The notes under the pieces: generated by a model | Seen by the model: only the letters and a program-made list of their open reading frames with translations | Told to the model about the DNA's origin: nothing | Database searches by the model: none | Program-made: the position numbers and the translations under genes | In this document: piece after piece, positions 1 to 11,189 of the stretch | How positions within the stretch are numbered: the stretch's first letter is position 1 | How the letters are laid out: the number at the start of each line of letters is the position of its first letter | NCBI RefSeq assembly: GCF_000709555.1 | Contig: NZ_CP006873.1 | Coordinates: 150,001-182,000, forward strand | DNA: 32,000 bases | Origin: Candidatus Saccharimonadota bacterium | Lineage (GTDB): Bacteria > Bacteroidota > Bacteroidia > Flavobacteriales > Blattabacteriaceae | Direction of reading: 5' to 3'

Positions 1-1643
1 ACTGTTTTTGAATATTTATAGAGATATCCCATATTTACTTTCAAATTCGGAGCTCTCCATTTTTTTCTCCGTATATCCCATTCATTTTCATTGATTTCAA
101 GGTTAATAGTATTATTAACTGCATTTATAGTAACAATATCTCCATCATTTATTAAGGCGATAGGACCACCTTCTTGGGCTTCAGGAGTGATATGACCTAC
201 AACAAAACCGTGTGACCCTCCAGAAAATCTCCCATCTGTGATAAGAGCTACTTCTTTTCCCAAACCTGCTCCTGTTATATAAGCTGTAGGTTTTAGCATT
301 TCAGGCATACCAGGGCCTCCTTTAGGACCTACATATCGAATAACTATGACTTCTCCTTTATTTATTTTACAAGATAAAATAGAACGATTGAAAGCATCCT
401 CTGAATTAAACACTCTAGCACGTCCTGAAAATTTCATTTTTTCTTGTCCAGTAATCTTTGCCACAGATCCTCCAGGAGCAATATTTCCATAAAGAATGCG
501 AAAATGTCCTTCTTTTTTAATGGGATGATTTATAGAAGAAATAACTTTCTGATCAAAAGACAGCGAGGGTACATATTTTAAATTTTCTTTTAAAGTGTCT
601 CCAGTAACTGTCATACAGTCTCCTTCAATGAGGCCATTTTCCAACAAATATTTCATAATCACTGGAATTCCCCCAATAGCATGAATATCTTCCATTAAAA
701 ATTTTCCACTCGGTTTTAGATTTCCAATGAGAGGAACACTATCGTTAATTTTTTTAAAATCTGGAAGTGTTAGGTCAATTTCTGCTGTTTTAGCAATTGC
801 TAATAAATGCAGTATTAGATTAGTTGACCCGCCTAAAGCAGTAGTTAGACTTATCGCATTTTTTAAAGAGTTTTTGGTAATAATATTTTTAGGTTTAATA
901 TCTTTCTGCAAAAGTTTTTGAATCACTCCCCCCATCTTAAAACACTCCCATTCTTTATCTGCACCGATAGCAGGTGTAGAAGAAGAATAAGGTAAGGTCA
1001 TTCCCATTGCTTCAAGAGCAGCTGCCATAGTATTAGCTGTATACATACCACCGCAAGCCCCAGCACCAGGACAAGAATTTTTTATAATATTTTTATATTC
1101 TTCTTCGGATATTTTTTTAGTTTTCCTTTTACCTAAAGCTTCAAAAGATGATACGACGTCTAGTTTTTCACCTTTATAATAACCTGAAGCAATACTACCA
1201 CCATATACGATAACTGAAGGACGATTAATTCTAATGAGAGCAATTAGAACACCAGGCATATTTTTATCGCAACCAGGGAGGGCTATTATACCATCATAAT
1301 GCTGAGAGTTTGCTACTGTTTCTATACTATCAGCAATAATTTCTCGAGAAGGTAAAGAATATCTCATCCCTGGAGTTCCCATAGATATACCATCACTTAC
1401 GCCTATAGTGTTAAATCGGAAACCGACTAACTCTTTTTCGTGAACAGATTTTTTGATACTCCTTCCTAATCTATTCAAATGCATATTGCAAGGATTTCCC
1501 TCGTACCAGTTGCTAACAATCCCAACCTGCGCTTTTTTAAAATATTCTTCTGGAAGTCCTGTAGCATACAGCATCGCCTTAGCTGCTGGAAGATTTGGAT
1601 TTTGCGTGAGTTGTGCACTCAAATAGTTAATCTTTTTATTCAT
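1..1643 (-). CDS. ilvD: dihydroxy-acid dehydratase (3' end outside window)
   Basis: Manual minus-strand translation from the ATG at 1643-1641 gives MNKKINYLSAQLTQNPNLPAAKAMLYATG... It carries the IlvD motifs PGCDKNMPG, CPGAGACGGMYTANTM and DGRFSGGSHGFVVGHITPEA. The ORF runs off the window start, so it is absent from the ORF track. Confidence 0.93.
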   Translation of the reverse strand, partial: MNKKINYLSAQLTQNPNLPAAKAMLYATGLPEEYFKKAQVGIVSNWYEGNPCNMHLNRLGRSIKKSVHEKELVGFRFNTIGVSDGISMGTPGMRYSLPSREIIADSIETVANSQHYDGIIALPGCDKNMPGVLIALIRINRPSVIVYGGSIASGYYKGEKLDVVSSFEALGKRKTKKISEEEYKNIIKNSCPGAGACGGMYTANTMAAALEAMGMTLPYSSSTPAIGADKEWECFKMGGVIQKLLQKDIKPKNIITKNSLKNAISLTTALGGSTNLILHLLAIAKTAEIDLTLPDFKKINDSVPLIGNLKPSGKFLMEDIHAIGGIPVIMKYLLENGLIEGDCMTVTGDTLKENLKYVPSLSFDQKVISSINHPIKKEGHFRILYGNIAPGGSVAKITGQEKMKFSGRARVFNSEDAFNRSILSCKINKGEVIVIRYVGPKGGPGMPEMLKPTAYITGAGLGKEVALITDGRFSGGSHGFVVGHITPEAQEGGPIALINDGDIVTINAVNNTINLEINENEWDIRRKKWRAPNLKVNMGYLYKYSKT

Positions 1644-1779
1644 GATTTACAAAGTAGATTATGGATTCCCTATCCAGAGAGAACACCATATGGGATTCAG
1701 CAGAAAGTAGGCTCGATATGATTTTATATATTTATTTAGGAATGAGTCCCATTATTAAGTCGACTAAAAAAAATCGCCT

Positions 1780-3276
1780 ATGTATTTATCAGAACAAGAA
1801 ATTATACGGAGAAAGAAATTGAAAAAAATAAGTGAATTAGGGATAGAAAACTATCCAGCAGCTACTTATAATACAAGTGCTTCTATAAAAGAACTTATAG
1901 AAAAGTATGAAAAAAATAAAAACGCTAGTGTAGCAGGACGTATTATGCGGATGCGGATCATGGGAAAATCGTCTTTCGTTGAATTAAAAGACTATAGCGG
2001 AATAATCCAACTTTATGTAAAGCGTGACGATATTTCGGAGAATAAAGAAAAAACTTTTTATAATATTTTTTTTAAAAAATTGTTAGATGTAGGAGATATT
2101 ATTGGGGTAAAAGGATTCATGTTTAAGACTAGAACTGGAGAGATTACTCTTCATGTAAAAGAACTTGTATTGCTCTGTAAGTCGCTACGACCCCTTCCTC
2201 ATGTAAAAACCGATAATAATGGAAATATCTATGATGCCTTTTCTACCCAGGAACAACGATACCGTATGCGTTACATTGATCTTATTGTAAATGACAAAAT
2301 AAAACAAATTTTTCTACAACGAACTCGGATCATACAATATATCCGAAACTTTCTCAATGAATATGGTTATCTCGAAGTGGAAACTCCTATACTTCAGTCA
2401 GTTGCTGGGGGAGCCCATGCCTTACCGTTTGTTACTTATCACAATACTCTAAATATTCCTTTATATCTACGTATTTCTAATGAACTTTATCTAAAAAGAC
2501 TCATTGTAGGTGGATTTAATGGAGTATATGAATTTTCTAGAGATTTTCGCAACGAAGGTATGGACAGAACTCATAATCCTGAATTCGTTATTTTAGAGTT
2601 ATACGTTGCCTATAAAGATTATTACTGGATGATGAATTTCACTGAAATTCTTCTGGAAAAACTTTGTTTCAACATTCATGGAAGTACAGAAATTAACATA
2701 GAAGGCCAGACAATCTCTTTTAAAAAATCCTTTCCGAGGATCCCAATTTATGAGGCTATTCAAATTCATACAGGATTTGACATTAGTAAGATGAATGAGA
2801 AAGAATTACAAATGGTTTGTAAAAAATTGGAGATAGAAGTTGACAAAACGATGGGAAAAGGTAAACTTATTGATGAAATTTTTAGTAAAAAATGTGAAAA
2901 ACACTACATACAACCTACCTTTATTATAGATTATCCTGTAGAAATGAGTCCTTTGACTAAAAAACATCGGGAGAAAAAAGGACTAACTGAACGGTTTGAA
3001 CTATTTATCAATAAAAAAGAGATAGCTAATGCTTATTCAGAACTAAATGACCCAATCGATCAATTAGAACGTTTTAAAGAACAAATATACGAAAAAGGAA
3101 ATGATGAATCTATGCGTATAGATTATGATTTTATTCGATCCCTTGAATTTGGCATGCCACCAACGTCAGGGATTGGTATAGGTATAGATCGATTGGTCAT
3201 GTTACTTACTAAACAAAATTCAATACAAGAAGTTTTGTTATTTCCACAAATGCGTCCTGATAAAAATAATTTATGA
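1780..3276 (+). CDS. lysS: lysyl-tRNA synthetase, class II
   Basis: 498-aa ORF. Class II motifs are present: FRNEGMDRTHNPEF, ELFINKKEIANAYSELNDP and GIGIGIDRLVMLL. Ends in a TGA stop. Confidence 0.95.
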   Translation: MYLSEQEIIRRKKLKKISELGIENYPAATYNTSASIKELIEKYEKNKNASVAGRIMRMRIMGKSSFVELKDYSGIIQLYVKRDDISENKEKTFYNIFFKKLLDVGDIIGVKGFMFKTRTGEITLHVKELVLLCKSLRPLPHVKTDNNGNIYDAFSTQEQRYRMRYIDLIVNDKIKQIFLQRTRIIQYIRNFLNEYGYLEVETPILQSVAGGAHALPFVTYHNTLNIPLYLRISNELYLKRLIVGGFNGVYEFSRDFRNEGMDRTHNPEFVILELYVAYKDYYWMMNFTEILLEKLCFNIHGSTEINIEGQTISFKKSFPRIPIYEAIQIHTGFDISKMNEKELQMVCKKLEIEVDKTMGKGKLIDEIFSKKCEKHYIQPTFIIDYPVEMSPLTKKHREKKGLTERFELFINKKEIANAYSELNDPIDQLERFKEQIYEKGNDESMRIDYDFIRSLEFGMPPTSGIGIGIDRLVMLLTKQNSIQEVLLFPQMRPDKNNL

Positions 3277-4605
3277 AACTGTAAGTAACCTATATACGGC
3301 TTCGTTGGCTTTTTCAAAATGAAAAGAATTTACTACAGACTTCATAAAGTGATGAATATTTTCATTACATAAATTTACTACGTGGGTAGTGACTTCCCTT
3401 GTCAAGGTTTGAAAATTTCCATTCTGGATCTCACACCCTACTTTTTTATAAGCATCTCGGAAAGACATTCCTTCTAGCACGTATTTATTTACCGATTCAA
3501 CGCTAAAAAGATAATGATATTTACTATAATTTAGTATATTGTTATTAATAATCATCTGTTCAAACAGATATTTATAGATCTGAAGACAACTTTTAAGATC
3601 ATCGAATATTGGGAGTAATATTTCTTTTATGATTTGAAAATCACGGTGATATCCAGAAGGTAAATTCGCTATAATCATAGCTATTTCGTTAGGCAACGAA
3701 TTTATTTTATTACATAGAGAGCGGATCAGTTCTAAAACATCTATATTTTTCTTATGCGGCATGATGCTGGACCCGGTAGTAATATGATCAGGAAAGGTAA
3801 TAAAGCCAAAATTTTGGCTGGTGGATAAGCAAATATCCTGTGATAGTTTGGCCAAAGTATACGAAATAGATGCTAGGGCATCTGCCACTACACGTTCACT
3901 TTTTCCACGTACCATTTGGGCATATATGACGTTATAATTAAAATTTTCAAATCCTAATATATGTGTCGTAAATTCTCTATCTAGGGGTAAGGAAGATCCA
4001 AAGCCAGCTGCTGATCCTAAGGGATTTTTATTCGTTATGCGATAGGCAGCTTGTAGCAATAGGAAATCGTCTGTCAAACTTTCAGCATACGAAGAAAACC
4101 AAAGTCCAAAAGAAGAAGGCATAGCTATCTGATCATGTGTATATCCTGGCATCAATATCTCCTTGTAATTATCACTAAGAGTGAGAAGTGTTTTAAAGAG
4201 ACTATATACATTTTCAACCACAGATTGAATTTTTTGTCTTATGAAGAGTTTTAGATCTAACAATATTTGATCATTACGTGATCGTCCGCTATGTATTTTT
4301 TTACCAATTTCTCCAAGTCGGTGTGTTAAAATAATCTCGACTTGAGAATGTACATCTTCCACATAGTCTGAAATATAAAAATTTCCCTCTACAATTTCTA
4401 AATAAATTTTTTTTAGCTCTTGCATCAAAACTTTAAATTCATTTCCTTTTAATAGTTCTATGCTAGAAAGCATAGAGCTATGAGCCATCGTACTTATAAT
4501 ATCATAAGGAGCTAGTAACAAATCCAATTTTCTCTCTTTCCCAAAAGTGAATTTTTCAATTTCTTTACTGAGGTTCTTTTTTTTCTTCCAAAGCTTCACC
4601 ATCAT
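3271..4605 (-). CDS. argH: argininosuccinate lyase
   Basis: 444-aa ORF with the fumarate-lyase family signature GSSIMPHKKN. N-terminal KLW...FT.G...LD pattern is typical of ArgH. Its 3' end overlaps lysS by 6 nt (convergent). Confidence 0.92.
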   Translation of the reverse strand: MMVKLWKKKKNLSKEIEKFTFGKERKLDLLLAPYDIISTMAHSSMLSSIELLKGNEFKVLMQELKKIYLEIVEGNFYISDYVEDVHSQVEIILTHRLGEIGKKIHSGRSRNDQILLDLKLFIRQKIQSVVENVYSLFKTLLTLSDNYKEILMPGYTHDQIAMPSSFGLWFSSYAESLTDDFLLLQAAYRITNKNPLGSAAGFGSSLPLDREFTTHILGFENFNYNVIYAQMVRGKSERVVADALASISYTLAKLSQDICLSTSQNFGFITFPDHITTGSSIMPHKKNIDVLELIRSLCNKINSLPNEIAMIIANLPSGYHRDFQIIKEILLPIFDDLKSCLQIYKYLFEQMIINNNILNYSKYHYLFSVESVNKYVLEGMSFRDAYKKVGCEIQNGNFQTLTREVTTHVVNLCNENIHHFMKSVVNSFHFEKANEAVYRLLTVS

Positions 4606-4617
4606 GATAATTAATAT

Positions 4618-4965
4618 TTAGGTGTGCAAGAATTTTTTTTTCTCTAGTAGTTCATCTTTACTTTCTATAGATTCTTCATCCAGAACGCAACAATCCACTG
4701 GACATACAGAAGCACATCTGGGCTCATCGTAAAAACCTACACATTCAGTACATTTTTCTGCTACAATAAAATAAATATCATTTTTTTTAGGTGCTTTCGG
4801 TTGACAGGCTTCTGTAGTGACACCTGATTTCAGGGTAATTACACCTTTCAAATTTGTCCCATCTGAAAAACGCCACTGAAACGATCCTTCGTAAATAGCA
4901 TTATTGGGGCATTCAGGTTCGCAAGCTCCACAGTTAATGCATTCCTCAGTAATTTTTATAGCCAT
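4618..4965 (-). CDS. 4Fe-4S dicluster ferredoxin
   Basis: 115-aa ORF with two cysteine clusters: CINCGACEPECP and CTECVGF...CASVCPVDCC. Confidence 0.85.
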   Translation of the reverse strand: MAIKITEECINCGACEPECPNNAIYEGSFQWRFSDGTNLKGVITLKSGVTTEACQPKAPKKNDIYFIVAEKCTECVGFYDEPRCASVCPVDCCVLDEESIESKDELLEKKKFLHT

Positions 4966-4969
4966 ATTA

Positions 4970-4997
4970 TTTGATTTGGAAAAAACGGGTATATTTG
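4970..4997 (+). promoter_or_regulatory. candidate Bacteroidetes-type promoter upstream of rpsU
   Basis: TATATTTG at 4990-4997 matches the Bacteroidetes -7 consensus TAnnTTTG exactly. TTTG motifs lie at 4970-4973 and 4975-4978, but the 16 and 11 nt spacings are shorter than the usual ~19-21. Sits ~100 nt upstream of the rpsU ATG. Motif-only call. Confidence 0.2.
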
Positions 4998-5096
4998 TTA
5001 GAGAATAATAGCTAGTCTAATGAAGATTTTTCGGTAATAAATCTGACTTGAATTGAAAAAGAGTTATAAATTAACACAAATTAAAAAATCTAAAAG

Positions 5097-5297
5097 ATGC
5101 TAATGATTAAGATAAAAGATGGAGAGTCTATTGAAAAAGCAATTAAGCGTTATAAACGAAAATGCGAGAAAATACGTCTTCTGAAAGAATTTAGAAAAAT
5201 CCAATTTTATGTTAAACCTTCAATAAAAAAAAGAGAGGCATTTTTAAAAGCCTATTATAAACAATGCTTAATTTCTAAAAAGGATAATTCTGCATGA
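5097..5297 (+). CDS. rpsU: 30S ribosomal protein S21
   Basis: 66-aa basic ORF (IEKAIKRYKRKCEKIRLLKEFRKIQFYVKPSIKKRE) typical of the S21 family. Confidence 0.88.
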   Translation: MLMIKIKDGESIEKAIKRYKRKCEKIRLLKEFRKIQFYVKPSIKKREAFLKAYYKQCLISKKDNSA

Positions 5298-5324
5298 GAT
5301 TTCATAAAAAAACGGAGATCATGA

Positions 5325-6119
5325 ATGTCCTATCTTAAGGTATTACCTCGGAGCATTTATAAAAAAAAGAATGAATATTTATTCTTTTTATTATGTTTAT
5401 TTTGCAATGAGTTTTTACGTTTAATAATAAATTTTTTGTTTATAAAAATATTCGGGTTTGATTGGATAGATCAATTTTTAAATTTTATTTTATCTACTAC
5501 TTGTATTTCTATTTTAATTGCATATTATAATAATAATTTTAAACCAAACTCAATTAAATTAACATGGTATATTTATTTAAATGTTTTTTTAATGATGTTT
5601 ATTTTTATTTATTTAAGTGAATATGTCGTTTCTATTATTCCAATAAATGGTCCTCTTTTTGGAAAGATGTATAAATTTTTTCATGTTACACAATATCCAA
5701 TTTCATTTTTTTTAAGTGCTATTTTATTTGCTCCTATTTATGAAGAAATTTTATTCCGTGGAATTTTTTTAAGAAAAATATTTAAAACAAGTATTTCTTC
5801 TATAAAATCTATTTTTTTTTCGGCTTTATTATTTGGAATAATGCATTTAAATCCATGGCAAATTATAATAGCGTTTTTATTTGGAATTTTTATCGGAATA
5901 ATTTATATAGGGACACGTTCGATATCCATATGCATATTTTTGCATGCTATTTATAATAGTATGCAGATATTGCATAGCATTCAGATATTAAATGTCTTTT
6001 TAGCCATTATGGGAATTCTGTTGATTTTGTTTATAATTCTGTTGATTTTGTTTATTTTTCAAACAAAATCGTCATGGAAATATGATAATTGTTTAAAACA
6101 AAGTGCGATTATTTTTTAA
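5325..6119 (+). CDS. CPBP family (CAAX-type) intramembrane glutamic protease
   Basis: 264-aa polytopic hydrophobic ORF with the three CPBP motifs: YEEILFRG (EExxxR), FGIMH (FxxxH) and HAIYN (HxxxN). Confidence 0.75.
   Translation: MSYLKVLPRSIYKKKNEYLFFLLCLFCNEFLRLIINFLFIKIFGFDWIDQFLNFILSTTCISILIAYYNNNFKPNSIKLTWYIYLNVFLMMFIFIYLSEYVVSIIPINGPLFGKMYKFFHVTQYPISFFLSAILFAPIYEEILFRGIFLRKIFKTSISSIKSIFFSALLFGIMHLNPWQIIIAFLFGIFIGIIYIGTRSISICIFLHAIYNSMQILHSIQILNVFLAIMGILLILFIILLILFIFQTKSSWKYDNCLKQSAIIF
6015..6056 (+). repeat. in-frame 21-bp tandem duplication inside the CPBP protease gene
   Basis: attctgttgattttgtttata (6015-6035) is followed directly by attctgttgattttgtttatt (6036-6056), 20/21 identical. 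Encodes ILLILFI twice. Confidence 0.9.
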
Positions 6120-6131
6120 AAATTAAAATTA

Positions 6132-6875
6132 TTGCGTTATTTTATTGAACTATCTTTTAATGGAACTAAATATCATGGTTGGCAGATCCAGAAAACCGGA
6201 ATCTCCGTAGAGGAAGTGTTAGAAAATTGTCTATCCTATCTATTAAAGATGCCAGTTAATATTATTGGAGCTGGAAGGACAGATAGCGGGGTCCACGCCA
6301 AACAATTTTTTGCTCACTTTGATTATCCATATTCTCTTCCCCCAAGGTTTAGACAGAAACTTAATTCATTCTTACCTAAAGACATTAAAGTATACAATAT
6401 TTACTTGATGCAACCGAAAGCACATGCTCGGTTCAGTGCTCTATGCCGAACTTATGAATATTTTATTTCTTTAGGGAAAAGTCCTTTCTTTAAAGAATTT
6501 AGTTGGCAATGGTTATCTAATCCCCCTGACATTGCAAAAATGAACCAAGCAGCTATGATCTTAAAAAGATACGAAGATTTTAGTACTTTCTGTAAGTCTC
6601 ATTCTAATAATAAAACAAGTTTTTGTAAAATAGAATATTCTTATTGGAAATACAAGAAGGGGTTATTGTGTTTCCAAATTACGTCTAATAGATTTTTAAG
6701 AAACATGGTTAGATCTATTGTTGGAACTCTTATTAGAGTCGGCATAGGTAAAATTGATTCAAAAGATTTTTGCCAAATTGTTGAATCTAAAAATAGTCAA
6801 ATGGCAGGATGTTCAGTCCCAGCAAAAGGATTATTTTTAAAATCTGTATCTTATCCAAACGATATTTTTTTATAA
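6132..6875 (+). CDS. truA: tRNA pseudouridine(38-40) synthase
   Basis: 247-aa ORF with a TTG start. Contains YFIELSFNGTKYHGWQIQ and the catalytic-Asp motif GAGRTDSGVHA. Confidence 0.9.
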   Translation: MRYFIELSFNGTKYHGWQIQKTGISVEEVLENCLSYLLKMPVNIIGAGRTDSGVHAKQFFAHFDYPYSLPPRFRQKLNSFLPKDIKVYNIYLMQPKAHARFSALCRTYEYFISLGKSPFFKEFSWQWLSNPPDIAKMNQAAMILKRYEDFSTFCKSHSNNKTSFCKIEYSYWKYKKGLLCFQITSNRFLRNMVRSIVGTLIRVGIGKIDSKDFCQIVESKNSQMAGCSVPAKGLFLKSVSYPNDIFL

Positions 6876-6887
6876 AAATTTTTGGTC

Positions 6888-9800
6888 TTACTCCCTCTCT
6901 TTTGATGATACGAGAAATTGGTCGTATTCTTTAAGACCTGTTCCTGCTGGAACTTTGTGTCCTACAATAACATTTTCTTTTAATCCAAGTAAGTAATCAG
7001 ATTTTCCACTAATTGCAGCCTCATTCAATACTTTAGTTGTCTCTTGGAAAGAGGCTGCAGATATGAACGACTTTGTTTGCAAAGATGCCCGTGTAATGCC
7101 TTGAAGTACAGGTTTAGCTATAGCAGGAATAGCATTGCGAGCACGCATAATCCTCTTCCCATTTTGTCTAAGAATATCATTTTCATTATTCAATTCGGTT
7201 AAATTTATTATTTGTCCAGGTTTAAACTGCTCAGAATTCCCAGGATCTTCTACTACTTTCAGACTTGAAATTCTTTCGTTTTCTTCAAAAAAATCAGTTT
7301 TAGATTCTATCCTATTTTTTATAAACCGTGTATCTCCAGAATCTATAATTTTGACCTTTCGCATCATTTGACCAACGATAATTTCAAAATGCTTATCATT
7401 TATTTTTACTCCCTGTAACCGGTAGATCTCTTGGATTTCATTGACTAAATATTTTTGAACTTCTTTAGCTCCCTTAATATGAAGTAGATTTGAAGGGGTA
7501 ATCGCACCTTCTTCCAGAGCTGTACCTGCTTTAACATAATCATTTTCTTGAACTCGAATTTGATTGGATAACTTAACAAAATATTTTTTTGAGTATCCGC
7601 TTTTCGATGCAATAATAATCTCACGATTACCTCTTTTAATATTTCCAAAACTCACCACTCCATCAATTTCCGATATAACTACTGGATTAGAAGGATAACG
7701 TGCTTCACACAATTCAGTTACACGCGGCAATCCTCCAGTAATATCCGTTGTTTTTCCATCTGTTCTAGGAATCTTTACAAGAATTTGTCCTGCTGTAATT
7801 ACTTCCCCATCTTCTACAATTAAGTGAGCACCAACAGGAAGATTGTAAATTTTTAAGTCGTTTCCTTCCTTATCAAGGATCCTTAAAGAGGGAATTATGT
7901 TTTGATCTCTAGATTCATAAATTACTTTTTCTTGGAACCCGGCTTGGTCATATATTGTATAGGTTTTTCCCTGTTCAATATATTCATAGGCTATGGTTCC
8001 GGAATACTCAGAAATAATAACAGCATTATAAGGATCCCATCGACAAATTTCCGTTCCTTTTTTTATAGTAACTCCATGATGGACAAATAAAGTTGATCCG
8101 TAAGGGATATGATTCTGCATTAAGATGGAATCATCTCTTCCTAAGAGTCTCATATCTGTAGAGCGTGAAACCACTAATTCGAGATTGTTTCCTTTTTCAT
8201 CTGGTATCTGTACTGTACTAAGATCTTCAAATTCTATAATTCCATCAAAACGAGCACGTATTTGGGAAGATTCAGAAATATTTACAGCCGTTCCACCTAC
8301 ATGAAACGTCCTTAGTGTCAATTGTGTCCCCGGCTCTCCTATAGATTGAGCAGCAATAACACCTACTGCTTCTCCTTTATTAACCAATTGTCCTGTTGAC
8401 AGGTTTATACCATAGCATTTAGCACAAATCCCTCTTTTCGATTGACAGGTCAGTGGGGATCGAACTTCTACCGTTTCTATTCCCAATTCTTCTATAAGAA
8501 GAGCTTTATCTGCATCAAACATTTCATCATAAGCGACTATAATTTCATCCTTCCTCGGATGATAGATATCATAAAGAGCAATTCTTCCCAAAAGACGTTC
8601 AGATAAATTTTCTATAATTTCTTCATTCTTTTTAAGAGCACTTATTTCAATTCCTATAATCGTACCACAATCTTCTTCCGTAACGATAATATCTTGAGCT
8701 ACGTCGACAAGACGTCGTGTGAGATAACCTGCATCAGCTGTTTTTAGAGCTGTATCTGCTAACCCTTTTCTAGCCCCGTGCGTAGAAATCAAATACTCGA
8801 GGATAGAAATACCTTCACGGAAATTGGATAAAATTGGATTTTCAATAATTCCTACGCTAGTACGTTGTGGTTTTGCCATCAAGCCACGCATTCCAGAAAG
8901 TTGTCGAATCTGTTCTTTCGATCCCCTAGCTCCTGAATCAAGCATCATATATACTGAATTAAACCCTTGATGGTCTTCAGACATTTGTTTCAGAACTTTT
9001 TCAGTTAATAGGGTATTGGTACTTGTCCAGATATCAATAACTTGATTATAACGTTCATTATTAGTAATCAAACCCAGATTATAGTTAATTTGAACTGCAT
9101 CTATTTGCTCAATAGCACTATTAATCATAGTTTGTTTCTCCTTAGGGATAATAATATCACCTAAACTAAAGGAAAGACCACCTTTAAAGGAATTATAAAA
9201 ACCTAGTTCCTTAACATCGTCTAGAAATTTTACTGTGGTAGGAACATTAGTAAGCATCAATATTTTCCCAATTATATCACGTAAAGACCTCTTAGTTAGT
9301 AACTCATTAATATATCCGACTTTTTTAGGAACCACTTGATTAAATAGGACTCTCCCTACAGTCGTTTCCACAATTCTATCTACAAGTTTATTCTTTTCTC
9401 GAATAAGGACTTTTACTTTTATCCCAGCATGGATTTCAGCCGCACCTTCATTATACGCTATCTGGACTTCTTCTGTTGAAGAAAATACTAATCCTTCACC
9501 TTTAATTTTCCTATCTGATGTAGATTTAAAACATTTTGTCATATAATAAAGTCCTAGGACCATGTCTTGTGATGGAACAGTAATAGGAGATCCATTAGCA
9601 GGATTTAAAATGTTTTGTGAAGACAGCAGAAGTAATTTAGCTTCGAGAATAGCCTCTGGTCCAAGAGGGAGATGTACTGCCATCTGGTCACCGTCAAAAT
9701 CGGCGTTGAAAGCTGTGCAGACCAATGGATGCAGTTGGATAGCTTTACCCTCAATGAGTTTGGGATAAAAAGCTTGAATTCCTAATCTATGCAATGTCGG

Positions 9801-11120
9801 AGCACGGTTCAGTAGTACGGGATGCCCTTTAAGCACATTATCCAAGACATACCATACAACCGGATCACGGTTATCAACAAGTTTTTTAGCTGATTTGACG
9901 GTTTCAACAATACCACGTTCGAGTAATTTCCTAATAATAAAAGGTTTGTAAAGTTCTGCAGCCATCTCTTTGGGAAGTCCGCATTCGTATAGTTTTAACT
10001 TCGGTCCTACTACAATTACAGAACGTGCTGAATAATCGACACGTTTTCCTAAAAGATTATGACGAAATCGTCCTTGCTTACCTTTAAGTGAATCAGATAA
10101 AGATTTCAAAGTTCGATTCCTATTCTTAGCGGAGGTTTTCTTTGTGTTATCATATAATGAATCCACCGCTTCTTGAAGCATCCTTTTTTCATTTCGTAGA
10201 ATAATATCAGGAGCCTTTATTTGTAAAAGACGTTTCAATCGATTATTACGAATAATAATTCTACGATAGAGATCATTTAAATCTGAAGTTGCAAAACGGC
10301 CACCCTCTAAAGGTACTAAAGGACGTAATTCAGGTGGAATCACTGGAAGAGCATGAATAATCATCCACTCTTTACAATTTTTCTTTTTTTTAGATGATTC
10401 TATAAATGCTTCTACTACCTGCAACCGTTTTAGAGCTTCTATCCGTCGTTGTTTATATGTTTCATTCTCGGCTTTATGACGAAGACTAGAAGAAAGTTCA
10501 TCTAGATTTACTCGTTTAAGTAGTTCTTCTATACATTCAGCACCCATCTTAGCGATAAATTTATTAGGATCTCTATCATCAAGGTCTCGATTTTCCTTTG
10601 GGAGATTCTCTACTATTTGGAGATACTCTTCCTCCATTAAAAATTCAAGATGTTTCAAAGGGGTCCCATCGGTATATTGGGCAATCCCCGGCTGTATGAC
10701 CACATATCGTTCATAATAAACGATCAGGTCAAGTTTTTTTGAAGGAAGACCTAAAAGGGAACCAATCTTATTGGGTAATGATCTAATATACCATATATGG
10801 ACCACAGGTACTACTAAATTAATATGTCCAAGACGTTCCCGTCGTACTTTTTTTTCTGTAACCTCGACACCGCATCTGTCACAGACAATCCCCTTATAAC
10901 GAATTCTTCTATATTTTCCACAAGAACACTCATAATCCTTTATGGTACCAAAAATTCGTTCACAAAATAGTCCGTCACGTTCTGGTTTCTTAGTACGATA
11001 ATTAATTGTTTCAGGTTTTAGGACTTCTCCGTAAGATTCTTGAAGGATCTCCTCCGGAGAGGCCAAACTTATAGTAACCTTGTTAAAGTTTTTAACTTTT
11101 TTAGTTGTTTTGATAGACAT
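6888..11120 (-). CDS. rpoC: DNA-directed RNA polymerase subunit beta'
   Basis: 1410-aa ORF with catalytic [12 protein letters not shown] and an N-terminal zinc-binding CSCGKY...CDRCGVEV. Confidence 0.98.
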   Translation of the reverse strand: MSIKTTKKVKNFNKVTISLASPEEILQESYGEVLKPETINYRTKKPERDGLFCERIFGTIKDYECSCGKYRRIRYKGIVCDRCGVEVTEKKVRRERLGHINLVVPVVHIWYIRSLPNKIGSLLGLPSKKLDLIVYYERYVVIQPGIAQYTDGTPLKHLEFLMEEEYLQIVENLPKENRDLDDRDPNKFIAKMGAECIEELLKRVNLDELSSSLRHKAENETYKQRRIEALKRLQVVEAFIESSKKKKNCKEWMIIHALPVIPPELRPLVPLEGGRFATSDLNDLYRRIIIRNNRLKRLLQIKAPDIILRNEKRMLQEAVDSLYDNTKKTSAKNRNRTLKSLSDSLKGKQGRFRHNLLGKRVDYSARSVIVVGPKLKLYECGLPKEMAAELYKPFIIRKLLERGIVETVKSAKKLVDNRDPVVWYVLDNVLKGHPVLLNRAPTLHRLGIQAFYPKLIEGKAIQLHPLVCTAFNADFDGDQMAVHLPLGPEAILEAKLLLLSSQNILNPANGSPITVPSQDMVLGLYYMTKCFKSTSDRKIKGEGLVFSSTEEVQIAYNEGAAEIHAGIKVKVLIREKNKLVDRIVETTVGRVLFNQVVPKKVGYINELLTKRSLRDIIGKILMLTNVPTTVKFLDDVKELGFYNSFKGGLSFSLGDIIIPKEKQTMINSAIEQIDAVQINYNLGLITNNERYNQVIDIWTSTNTLLTEKVLKQMSEDHQGFNSVYMMLDSGARGSKEQIRQLSGMRGLMAKPQRTSVGIIENPILSNFREGISILEYLISTHGARKGLADTALKTADAGYLTRRLVDVAQDIIVTEEDCGTIIGIEISALKKNEEIIENLSERLLGRIALYDIYHPRKDEIIVAYDEMFDADKALLIEELGIETVEVRSPLTCQSKRGICAKCYGINLSTGQLVNKGEAVGVIAAQSIGEPGTQLTLRTFHVGGTAVNISESSQIRARFDGIIEFEDLSTVQIPDEKGNNLELVVSRSTDMRLLGRDDSILMQNHIPYGSTLFVHHGVTIKKGTEICRWDPYNAVIISEYSGTIAYEYIEQGKTYTIYDQAGFQEKVIYESRDQNIIPSLRILDKEGNDLKIYNLPVGAHLIVEDGEVITAGQILVKIPRTDGKTTDITGGLPRVTELCEARYPSNPVVISEIDGVVSFGNIKRGNREIIIASKSGYSKKYFVKLSNQIRVQENDYVKAGTALEEGAITPSNLLHIKGAKEVQKYLVNEIQEIYRLQGVKINDKHFEIIVGQMMRKVKIIDSGDTRFIKNRIESKTDFFEENERISSLKVVEDPGNSEQFKPGQIINLTELNNENDILRQNGKRIMRARNAIPAIAKPVLQGITRASLQTKSFISAASFQETTKVLNEAAISGKSDYLLGLKENVIVGHKVPAGTGLKEYDQFLVSSKERE

Positions 11121-11153
11121 TTAGACTTTTTTAGTTGTTTTGATAGACATTTA
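11095..11153 (-). repeat. tandem duplication of the rpoC translation start (29-bp perfect repeat, 30-bp period)
   Basis: Plus-strand acttttttagttgttttgatagacattta occurs at 11095-11123 and again at 11125-11153, separated by the single base g11124. Confidence 0.95.
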
Positions 11154-11189
11154 TAGAGAATATTTTTCTCGAAGAGTCCTACGATATCT

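Noticed and set aside
727-1721. Plus-strand ORFs 727-921 (64 aa) and 1479-1721 (80 aa)
   Set aside because: Both lie antisense to the well-supported ilvD reading frame. They have no recognisable motifs and have the low-complexity composition typical of shadow ORFs in AT-rich DNA.
5014-5048. Imperfect inverted repeat (agtc..agattt-N9-aaatct-gact) in the rpsU leader as a regulatory hairpin
   Set aside because: The stem is short, AT-rich and interrupted. Such a structure is expected by chance in this base composition, and no conserved motif is recognisable.
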